Assembly (NCBI GenBank): GCA_045631145.1
Contig: JAZQUE010000074.1
Location: forward strand, 3,065 to 67,064
Length of the DNA: 64,000 bases
Reading direction: 5' to 3'
Origin: Eubacteriales bacterium
GTDB lineage: Bacteria > Bacillota > Clostridia > Oscillospirales > SIG627
The notes under the pieces were generated by a model. The model was not told where the DNA came from and made no database searches. It worked only from the letters and a program-made list of their open reading frames with translations. This document shows, one piece after another, positions 9,319-16,736 of the stretch. The stretch's first letter is position 1, and the number at the start of each line of letters is the position of its first letter. Position numbers and translations under genes: made by a program.

Positions 9319-11496
9319 ATGGATATTAATATAGACAAACAATATAACATCAGCTCCAGTAAATTTAAGATGCTATCATCTACTTCTGGAGTAGGCTCGG
9401 TTGTTACAACAAAATGGGGGGGATTCATTATGCCCCTTACGATCAATGAATGGGCGTTTATCCGTGCATTAACGGAAAGTATAAACAATCCAGCAAACTC
9501 GCAATACACTAATAAGGATCATCAGGCTGCTACTGGTGCAGAGATAGTTGATGATGAGAGGTTCATAAAATTCCTTCAGGCAAAAAAGGATTTTGTTAAT
9601 CTGAAATGTTTTGCAGCAATACCTCATGTAGGATTAAATGGTGCGAACTACATAGATTATAAGGAGCATCCGTTATATAAGGAGCAGGAATTAAAAAGCC
9701 GAGAGTTACGTCCCGATATGTTCTATATTCCTGCCGTTGATTTTCCTAAATGGTTTATATCATCAAAGTCGGAATTAAAGCGCATTGACGAATGGTTTGA
9801 CCTTTGGAAGCATGAAGAATTTACCAAGGGCGGACACAAACTGCGTCACAACGATGGGAAGGAGGAGTATTTTGCTCCACCAAGAGATCCTCATGGACCT
9901 ACCTTACGAAAGTTCAAGAATCAATTGAATGACCCTACTATCTACAGACCTCTATCACCAGTATCTTTAGTTCTTATATGTGAGAATGGTCATGCGTCTG
10001 ATATAGACTGGTATAACTATTTTTGTGCTTACCTTGATGGTAAGAAGAAAGAAATGACAAGCGAAGAGGGTTTTGATTTATTTGGATATGCTTGCGATAA
10101 CCATTGTACAGTAAACGTAAACGGAAGGCATAGCTTGAAATGGATAATGAACCGCAATCAATCGGAATCATGGGGTACACTCAAATGCGAATATTGTAAC
10201 AAGAGTGTTTCTTTAGCCGGTATTATGAATCTTAAAGTGTTTTGTCGAGGGGAAAAACCATGGGAACCATACCAGGGACAAAATTGGGTACCTTCTCATG
10301 AAAGGTGTATGAATGGTCACTCACGTTCAGTAATGCAGGTTGCAATGGTAACGAGTAATAGTATTTATTACGCTTCATCACAGAGCAGTCTCTATGTTCC
10401 TCTTTCATGGACATCACAAGGAGGGGTTAAATTACAAGGTGATGCATACGACTATCTTGTAGAATTGCAGAACCGTTATGCAAGAAAACTGACAAGGAAG
10501 TCCGATCTGACAAAGGAAGACTTTATAACATCTTTGGGCTATCTTGTAGATGCTGCTGATGCGGATGGCTATTCAATAGATGACAATGAAGCAGAAGCTA
10601 TCACAATTGAGTTCCTTGGTATATCAAATGAAGTTGACGTGGTTAAAACTTATCGTCTAGAGGAATTTAAGGTATTTGTAAATAATGACAATACACCCGA
10701 AGTTAACAGAAAATTTGAGTTTAACGATATTAACATGCGCGAATTCAAGAATGATTTACTTATAGAGAAGTTCTTGAAAATTAAACAAGTTCCGTTACTT
10801 GCTATAACGAGTACTCAGTTGGGGTTTGGACGTGTGAAGATGCCCTCACCTAAGTTAGTCAACGGACAAGTCGTATACAACAATGAGCAGATTCGTCCAA
10901 TCTATTCAGGGAACATTAATGATGTTAAGGTACTTCCTGCTAATCAGATTTATGGTGAGGGATTGTTTTTTGCGTTTGATATAGATAAAATAAAAGAATG
11001 GAGTGAGACCTATGGTCTTGAGAATTACTACAAGACAACGTTAGAAAATGGTAGCATGGGTGAGTTCCTAGCAAGTGAGATGGGAATTTATGGCCGAGCC
11101 AAATACTATCTCTTGCATACGTTCTCTCACCTAATAATGAAGGAATTAGAGTTCTCATGTGGATATCCTACAGCGAGTCTAAGTGAACGTTTATATTACT
11201 CTGATGAAATGTGTGGTGTACTGATATACACAGCAGATGGAGCTGAAGGCAGTATGGGTGGACTTGTATGGCAAGGACAGCCAGAACTAATTGAAAAAAT
11301 AATTATTTCAGCACTTCAACGTGCTTCTGATTGTTCAGCAGACCCTCTATGCTGGGATAATTCAGATGGTTTGAATAAAGCCGCATGTTTTTCATGTGCG
11401 ATGGTATCAGAAACATCATGCGAACAAGGAAATATGGGGCTTGACCGTAGAGCATTGGTGGATCCAGAGTTTGGATATTTTAAAGATTTGATATAA
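9319..11496 (+). CDS. drmB: DUF1998-type protein, DrmB-like (725 aa)
   Basis: C-terminal cysteine cluster DCSADPLCW...KAACFSCAMVSETSCEQGNMGLDRRAL is typical of DUF1998. Several further Cys/His clusters lie mid-protein. Starts 5 nt after the helicase stop. Confidence 0.65.
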   Translation: MDINIDKQYNISSSKFKMLSSTSGVGSVVTTKWGGFIMPLTINEWAFIRALTESINNPANSQYTNKDHQAATGAEIVDDERFIKFLQAKKDFVNLKCFAAIPHVGLNGANYIDYKEHPLYKEQELKSRELRPDMFYIPAVDFPKWFISSKSELKRIDEWFDLWKHEEFTKGGHKLRHNDGKEEYFAPPRDPHGPTLRKFKNQLNDPTIYRPLSPVSLVLICENGHASDIDWYNYFCAYLDGKKKEMTSEEGFDLFGYACDNHCTVNVNGRHSLKWIMNRNQSESWGTLKCEYCNKSVSLAGIMNLKVFCRGEKPWEPYQGQNWVPSHERCMNGHSRSVMQVAMVTSNSIYYASSQSSLYVPLSWTSQGGVKLQGDAYDYLVELQNRYARKLTRKSDLTKEDFITSLGYLVDAADADGYSIDDNEAEAITIEFLGISNEVDVVKTYRLEEFKVFVNNDNTPEVNRKFEFNDINMREFKNDLLIEKFLKIKQVPLLAITSTQLGFGRVKMPSPKLVNGQVVYNNEQIRPIYSGNINDVKVLPANQIYGEGLFFAFDIDKIKEWSETYGLENYYKTTLENGSMGEFLASEMGIYGRAKYYLLHTFSHLIMKELEFSCGYPTASLSERLYYSDEMCGVLIYTADGAEGSMGGLVWQGQPELIEKIIISALQRASDCSADPLCWDNSDGLNKAACFSCAMVSETSCEQGNMGLDRRALVDPEFGYFKDLI

Positions 11497-11545
11497 AGAG
11501 AAATTTTTCCAGAAATTTAATATGTTCGTGATATTTAATGAATTG

Positions 11546-11581
11546 CTATTATCCGAATCATGCACATGATTCGGATAATAG
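11546..11581 (+). terminator. 17-bp perfect inverted repeat closing the AT-rich operon (terminator-like hairpin or palindromic binding site)
   Basis: ctattatccgaatcatg-ca-catgattcggataatag, 50 nt after the stop of 9319..11496. Followed by an A/T-rich tract but no clean T-run. Confidence 0.5.
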
Positions 11582-11767
11582 GTTATAAAATATCGTATTA
11601 AAAAATAACACTATTTGTCTGGAGCTACCGAAAAAAATGGATACTTTCGGACTAATTGTCTAAATATCTACTTGGACTGATAGTATCGGCGAAGCGGTAC
11701 CAAGAAAATGTAGGGTTTGCTCATTTATAAACCTCGTATCTTTGCGCTAAATATAGAGCGTGAAGAT

Positions 11768-12274
11768 ATGGCAAACCCCAATTTAACCATGCCGAAATTA
11801 AAACGTGCATTCCAACTGCTTGCGGCCAATGTCCCGCAACGCACCATTTGCGAACAGCTCCACATGGGACGCGGTGTTCTTTCCAAGTACAAGAAAGCTG
11901 CCGATGAGATGAAACTTTCCTATGAGGATGCCGGTCGCCTGAACAATGAGGAACTCGAAAGCTTCCTCCAGTCTGTAAAATCCGCTCCATGCGGTGTGTC
12001 TGCCCAAAGGAAACTTCTGGACGAACTGATTCCGGATTATGTCTCGGATCTTGCACACAACCGCTATCTGACTGTCCAACGCCTGCATGAGAAGTATCTG
12101 GAGAACCATCCTGACGGTTATGGATATACACAGTTCAAGAAAGCCATCCGTAATTATCAGTATGCACATAACCTGAGCTACCACAACACCTATCTTCCCG
12201 GTGCCGAACTCCAGATGGTACCGCTTCAGCGCTATCGGCATTTTATATCTCTTGAGCAGAAATTGTTGTTGTAA
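11768..12274 (+). pseudogene. N-terminal remnant of an IS21-family transposase (IstA-like), truncated
   Basis: MANPNLTMPKLKRAFQLLAANVPQRTICEQLHMGRGVLSKYKK... is an HTH, followed by ...YGYTQFKKAIRNY...YLPGAELQ. This matches the usual IstA N-terminal layout. Full IstA is about 500 aa; here similarity stops where the DDE domain should start (about 12,215) and the frame runs into unrelated sequence. Confidence 0.55.
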
Positions 12275-12441
12275 ATAGTAAAAAAGGTTGTAGATATATA
12301 ACCTTATTGCAAACATTTAGTTGTTGGATGAGGATGAATATCGGTATTGGTAATTTTTTTTCACAATAGAAAACGCAACCCGCAACCCGCAACTTTTTTT
12401 GAAAATCACTTTTTAATGTTTGTGGTGTGGGTAGATACAAA

Positions 12442-12474
12442 AAAGGCAGGTTTACTTTTGGTGAACCTGCCTTT
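12442..12474 (-). terminator. orphaned native rho-independent terminator of mnmE
   Basis: 11-bp stem aaaggcaggtt / aacctgccttt with an 11-nt loop. On the minus strand it is followed by TTTTTG. It lies about 20 nt downstream of the displaced mnmE stop codon copy. Confidence 0.7.
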
Positions 12475-12496
12475 GCTGTATATGTTTGTAGGATGC

Positions 12497-12514
12497 TTAT
12501 TTTCCGATGCAAAA
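12497..12514. repeat. attL-side direct repeat: displaced original last codons of mnmE (..FCIGK*)
   Basis: ttattttccgatgcaaaa versus ttatttcccgatgcaaaa at 63026-63043 (17/18 identical). The reverse complement reads TTT TGC ATC GGA AAA TAA = F C I G K stop. Confidence 0.8.
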
Positions 12515-12820
12515 TTTCTTTTTAGGGATTTTTTACACCTGTACTATATTGTTATTCAAGCATTTACAATACTTTCGCTCCGCAGATTGTTGTTTTTGAG
12601 CAACAGAATAGCAACAGATTTGTATAAAACAACTTTCCGAGGAGTGTTGCTTGCGGTACAAAGATAAGCAATTTTAATGAGAAACGGGAGCAGTTTCCCG
12701 TCCCGTTTCCTGATACAGTTATTTTTCTCGAATACGCCGCACATTGCGTTCAAATTCTTTTCTGCTGTATTTTATAATGCCCGCAAAGAAAACGCCGTAT
12801 TCGCCGCCATTTCGCTTTGC

Positions 12821-13897
12821 TTATGCAAACCTCTTTGCTGCGGCTATGATTTCGTCAGCATACTGATAGATGTCGTCGATAGAGGCGATTTTGTTGTGGT
12901 GCTCCTTTTTCGCTTCATCGACGAACGTTATACGCTTGTTATTCTCGGAATCGAGATACAGGCGACAAACAGGCTTTCGATTGTTGTTGTCAATGAAGAT
13001 AGCGAAGTAGGTTTGTGCGTCACGGTAGGTAACACGTTCTGCAGGTACACAGCCTCGGAGGATAGCTTTCACGATATAGAACGCTTGCAGCTCCTCGTCC
13101 GTCGTAATAATTTTGCTTGCGGGTGTTTCCTCAACGGGTTCTGCTGCCGCCTGTGGTTCTGTTGCCTGTTCAACCGTCGGAGTGTCATTGTCCTTGATAG
13201 CTGCTTTCAGGCGTTCCGAAATTGTAGCGTTGATATAATTGCTGATTGTCCGCTTCAACAGGACGGTAAACTGTTCGAGGATTTTCTGTGTGAACACCCC
13301 CTCGTACACCTGTTTGCAGAGGAAACGCACAAGATCAGGCGAGGGACTCGCAAACTCTCTTTCGATAACTGCTTTCAGCTCGCCCATGTATTTAAGTTCG
13401 CTCGCTGTGCTCAATATCGCCCCAACATCAAAATAAGACCTGTGGAACTTTTTCAGTTCTTCGATTTGCTCGTCCTTGATGTCGAGCAGGTTCACTTCCA
13501 AGAAAGGTTTCTCATCCATTTTGTTTGGTTCGGCGAGGTCTGTGTAGAACTTGTAGATGATACCGTTTGTCAGGACACCGAACTTTGCTTTGGAAACGTG
13601 GAAGTAGCGGAGGAGTTGATTATCGTGCAGCGTGAGGTTCTGTTGCCAATGCTTGCACTCGATTAAGATTATAGGTTCGCCGTCACGGAGGATTGCGTAG
13701 TCTATTTTCTCGCCTTTCTTTGTGCCGATGTCACAGCACATTTCAGGCAGCACCTCCAATGGGTTGAAAACGTCGTAACCTAACGCACTAATGAACGGCA
13801 TAATGAGTGCCGTTTTCGTCGCCTCCTCGGTTGGGAGGTTTCCTTTCAGGCTTTCGATACGCTCGGACAGCCTCTTGATTGAATCCTTGAAATCCAT
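12821..13897 (-). CDS. HsdR N-terminal-like (PD-(D/E)XK fold) domain protein; last gene before attL (moron candidate)
   Basis: TKTALIMPFISALGYDV...KIDYAILRDGEPIILIECKHW matches the type I restriction HsdR_N-type domain pattern. Separated from the lysis genes by a 300-nt spacer. Confidence 0.55.
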   Translation of the reverse strand: MDFKDSIKRLSERIESLKGNLPTEEATKTALIMPFISALGYDVFNPLEVLPEMCCDIGTKKGEKIDYAILRDGEPIILIECKHWQQNLTLHDNQLLRYFHVSKAKFGVLTNGIIYKFYTDLAEPNKMDEKPFLEVNLLDIKDEQIEELKKFHRSYFDVGAILSTASELKYMGELKAVIEREFASPSPDLVRFLCKQVYEGVFTQKILEQFTVLLKRTISNYINATISERLKAAIKDNDTPTVEQATEPQAAAEPVEETPASKIITTDEELQAFYIVKAILRGCVPAERVTYRDAQTYFAIFIDNNNRKPVCRLYLDSENNKRITFVDEAKKEHHNKIASIDDIYQYADEIIAAAKRFA

Positions 13898-14199
13898 ATA
13901 CTGTTACTTTATAGGTTATATCCTCAATCAAGGTTGCTACCGCCTGACAGACCCGCACATAAAAATAGCGTGGGATTCCTGTCGGTTTAGAGGTATCGCC
14001 AAACACCTTACGGACTAACAAGGAAATGCCCACGCATATTGCGGGCATCTACCACTGTTTTTAAGTCCGTGTTGAAATTGGCGATTTCCTAAACCTCAAA
14101 ACAATAGCAAACGCTATAATTTTCAAATATGTCGCTACAAAAGTAACCAAAGTTTTTCATACAATACGCTTTATAGCAAGAAAATCGCTATCTCACGGC

Positions 14200-14739
14200 T
14201 CAAAAACTGAAAAGGCTGTATGATACGCCTATACCTATGTACGGGGCAAATTGGGGCGTTTGCGTCAATGTTACCCCATATCCTGCCTGTATGCCGACGC
14301 TCCACCGTTTCGGTTTCTGCTTTATCTGTACAACCTGCCTTGGCTGTGTAATGAACAGGCTGTCGAGTGTCGGTCTGTAACCGCTGACATAGGCTCGGTA
14401 GGTGTCCGTTTCGTATCTTTTCTGCGTGATAGGTATCTGAACCGTTACGCTGTCTTCGGGAACAGTTTTACCGAAATTTTGTACACTATCCTGCAAGTTT
14501 GGAACGGTTTCAGGCATTTTTGGTTCGCTTGCAGGAAGTTTCTCTGTTATAAACCGCAACACAACACTGTCACGTGGCACGGGCTTATAATAAGGTATTG
14601 TGTCGTACACTGTCAGGGTGTCGGTATAAACGCCCAATGACAGCGATTGTTTACCCCTGTGGCATTGATATACGTTCAAGCACAGCAAAACGCCTACAAG
14701 GACGTAAACAAGGAATTTGGTTAGCTCTTTCATACGCAT
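14200..14739 (-). CDS. membrane-anchored lysis accessory protein (spanin-like candidate)
   Basis: N-terminal TM segment LTKFLVYVLVGVLLCLNVY. C-terminus ...GIGVSYSLFSF has an OMP-like terminal Phe signature. Overlaps the amidase stop. Confidence 0.4.
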   Translation of the reverse strand: MRMKELTKFLVYVLVGVLLCLNVYQCHRGKQSLSLGVYTDTLTVYDTIPYYKPVPRDSVVLRFITEKLPASEPKMPETVPNLQDSVQNFGKTVPEDSVTVQIPITQKRYETDTYRAYVSGYRPTLDSLFITQPRQVVQIKQKPKRWSVGIQAGYGVTLTQTPQFAPYIGIGVSYSLFSF

Positions 14740-15326
14740 TGTTTCAGATACATAATTATCCCCTCGACGTGAGCTTTGACGATAGCCTCTTTCCCCTCCT
14801 CGGAAATCAGAATAGCCAAATCCTCCTTGTTATCCATAAACAGGTTCTCGGTCAGAACAGCGGGGCAAGATGTCTTTTTCAATATCCAAAAGTTCTCCTC
14901 CCAATCAGCGTCACCGTCCGAGGTGTCTTTACGAAACTTTGTTCCCAACGGCAGGGCTTCCGCTGCGGCAAAATACAGGCAGTTGGCAAGTCTGTCTGAT
15001 TTTGTCGTTCCGACACTTGTATAGGCTGACCAACCACGGGCGGACTTCCATTCTCCACAGCCCGCCGCATTGACGTGTACTGATATGAGAATGACATTAT
15101 CCTTACCATATCGTCCGCAAATCTCATTCACTCGACGGGAACGCTCCGACAGTGCGATGTCCTGTTCCTCGGGAACGATACGCTGCACGTCGTAACCCCT
15201 GTTCTTCAACTCTGCTTCAATACGTCGGACTATTTCTCTCGCCCACGCATACTCACGAAAAGAACCGTCTGGGCTTCGCTTCCCTGCGGTTTCCTGTCCG
15301 TGTCCGTTATCCAATAAAATTTTCAT
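14730..15326 (-). CDS. N-acetylmuramoyl-L-alanine amidase (endolysin)
   Basis: MKILLDNGHG...ILISVHVNA...AVLTENLFMDN fits the Amidase_3 pattern (zinc ligands His/Glu/His). Confidence 0.8.
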   Translation of the reverse strand: MKILLDNGHGQETAGKRSPDGSFREYAWAREIVRRIEAELKNRGYDVQRIVPEEQDIALSERSRRVNEICGRYGKDNVILISVHVNAAGCGEWKSARGWSAYTSVGTTKSDRLANCLYFAAAEALPLGTKFRKDTSDGDADWEENFWILKKTSCPAVLTENLFMDNKEDLAILISEEGKEAIVKAHVEGIIMYLKQCV

Positions 15327-15329
15327 ACG

Positions 15330-15953
15330 CTATTTGTATTCAGGTAAAAGGTATTGAATGTTCATCGCTGCTGTGTGCATAATGTTGCGAGCTTCCTCCT
15401 CCGATACTGTCATTGGGTGTGTAAACTCACAGAAAATAGAACCCACCCAATCGTGAGTATTGTCATTCAGGCGTTTTACAATAGCCGCCTCGCAACCGCA
15501 ACTTGAAAAGATAGATTTTGCGTATTTGTCCTCTACCTGTTTGTCGATGTCAGAGATATACATAAACAGGTTGCGGACGAGGTCGCTGCTGAATTTTGCA
15601 ACGTCAGCAATCGGGAGGCTTTGGATATGGGGTTTCATCCCCTCAATGCCCTTTCGCTTCACCTCAAAATAAACGCTCAACATACTTTCATTACCGAGCG
15701 GGTGAGGTTGGACGATATACACACGGTCAGCGTCAAGCTCGTGGAGTACGTTCCACAGTTCGCCGTAAACGAGAGAACTGTTGTCGGCTCGGCGTTTCCC
15801 TTTGCGTTCCTCCTGTTGCTTGTACTGCTCGATTTTGAGGTCTGTGAGTTTGTTTTTAGTGTACTGATTGTAGGCGAACCAAGCAGCGAGAGGTGTAGCA
15901 ATTGCAGAAACAACACCCCCGATTGCTATGATGATGTCAGGTATGTTTTCCAT
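15330..15953 (-). CDS. hypothetical N-terminally membrane-anchored protein in the lysis cassette (208 aa from ATG 15953)
   Basis: The track ORF starts upstream. The first ATG with good context gives MENIPDIIIAIGGVVSAIATPLAAWFAY (TM helix). Confidence 0.45.
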   Translation of the reverse strand: MENIPDIIIAIGGVVSAIATPLAAWFAYNQYTKNKLTDLKIEQYKQQEERKGKRRADNSSLVYGELWNVLHELDADRVYIVQPHPLGNESMLSVYFEVKRKGIEGMKPHIQSLPIADVAKFSSDLVRNLFMYISDIDKQVEDKYAKSIFSSCGCEAAIVKRLNDNTHDWVGSIFCEFTHPMTVSEEEARNIMHTAAMNIQYLLPEYK

Positions 15954-15961
15954 AAGGCAAT

Positions 15962-16210
15962 TTAGTTGATTATGGCACGAAGAACGTACCTGATGAGTGT
16001 TCCGAACAACGAGCCGAGAACGGTCAGCCCGTAATCTATCCAATCCCATTTGCCGCCGTAAGCTCTGTCCTTGTATTCAAGACAGGTGGCAGCGATAACA
16101 GAACCAAATAGCGAGTGGCTGTAATCATTAGCCAAAAGACCGATGAATACACCACCCGCTAAATGCTTAATACGGTTGCTCTCTTTGAGCCAAGCGATTA
16201 CCTTTTTCAT
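15962..16210 (-). CDS. small two-TM membrane protein, holin candidate
   Basis: MKKVIAW...LAGGVFIGLLA...LTVLGSLFGTLIRYVL. First gene after the palindrome/promoter at 16235-16265 and immediately upstream of the lysis genes. Confidence 0.4.
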   Translation of the reverse strand: MKKVIAWLKESNRIKHLAGGVFIGLLANDYSHSLFGSVIAATCLEYKDRAYGGKWDWIDYGLTVLGSLFGTLIRYVLRAIIN

Positions 16211-16234
16211 TGTGATACAGTTTGAATTACGGTA

Positions 16235-16265
16235 CAAAGGTAATCAAACCGATTATAATATAATC
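16235..16265 (-). promoter_or_regulatory. 15-bp palindrome GATTATA-A-TATAATC plus TACCTTTG (-7 box, minus strand)
   Basis: Palindrome at 16251-16265. 8 nt further on the minus strand is TACCTTTG (16235-16242), matching the Bacteroides TAnnTTTG box. The ATG of the holin-like gene is at 16210. Confidence 0.5.
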
Positions 16266-16280
16266 ACTTTGAAAGGCGAT

Positions 16281-16733
16281 TTATTTCAACAGCGGCTCCA
16301 ATTCGTTGATTTTATCCCTCAACGCCTGACGTTCCGTGTGCAACGCCGCAACATCGTAGGGGAGTTCCTGTCCTAACAGCGAAGCCTCGTAACACTTGGT
16401 TATCTTGTAGTCGCTGTCGGAAAGAGCGGTTTTAAGAGCTTCGATTTCGTCCCTGATTTTTCGCCTGTCGAACCGTTTTTCATACCTGTAAGCGATATGG
16501 TCGCCCGCATCATACGGAACAGGGACGACGATGTAGTTTTCCTCATCGCTTTGCATTTGTTCCTCTGAAATCAAATCAACGGGCTTCCACACCTCGGACA
16601 GTTCCGACACCTGTTGTTCCACTGTGATAACTTCAACTCTCTGCACACCGTCATTGTCGGTGTAAATACGGTTTATCGGCTCGATGAACCGTGAGTGGAG
16701 GTATTGACCCTCCATATATCCATACTCTACCAT
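16281..16733 (-). CDS. hypothetical tail-associated protein (150 aa)
   Basis: ORF packed 3 nt after the large tail protein gene. Confidence 0.45.
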   Translation of the reverse strand: MVEYGYMEGQYLHSRFIEPINRIYTDNDGVQRVEVITVEQQVSELSEVWKPVDLISEEQMQSDEENYIVVPVPYDAGDHIAYRYEKRFDRRKIRDEIEALKTALSDSDYKITKCYEASLLGQELPYDVAALHTERQALRDKINELEPLLK

Positions 16734-16736
16734 AGT

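Noticed and set aside
1-11496. Calling the operon a complete canonical DISARM system
   Set aside because: No methyltransferase and no PLD-domain gene is visible in the window. Only the helicase + DUF1998 pair is supported.
11721-12316. Two minus-strand ORFs (136 and 172 aa) over the IS21 remnant
   Set aside because: The plus-strand frame carries the recognisable IstA-like HTH. The minus-strand frames have no motif and overlap each other.
12375-12400. gcaaccc-gcaaccc-gcaac short tandem repeat, considered as a CRISPR or satellite
   Set aside because: Only about 2.5 units of 7 nt with no spacers. It is too short to call anything.
12677-13666. 329-aa plus-strand ORF
   Set aside because: It lies entirely antisense to the well-supported HsdR_N-like gene (12821..13897) and has Cys/Phe/Val-rich nonsense composition. 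It is a shadow ORF.
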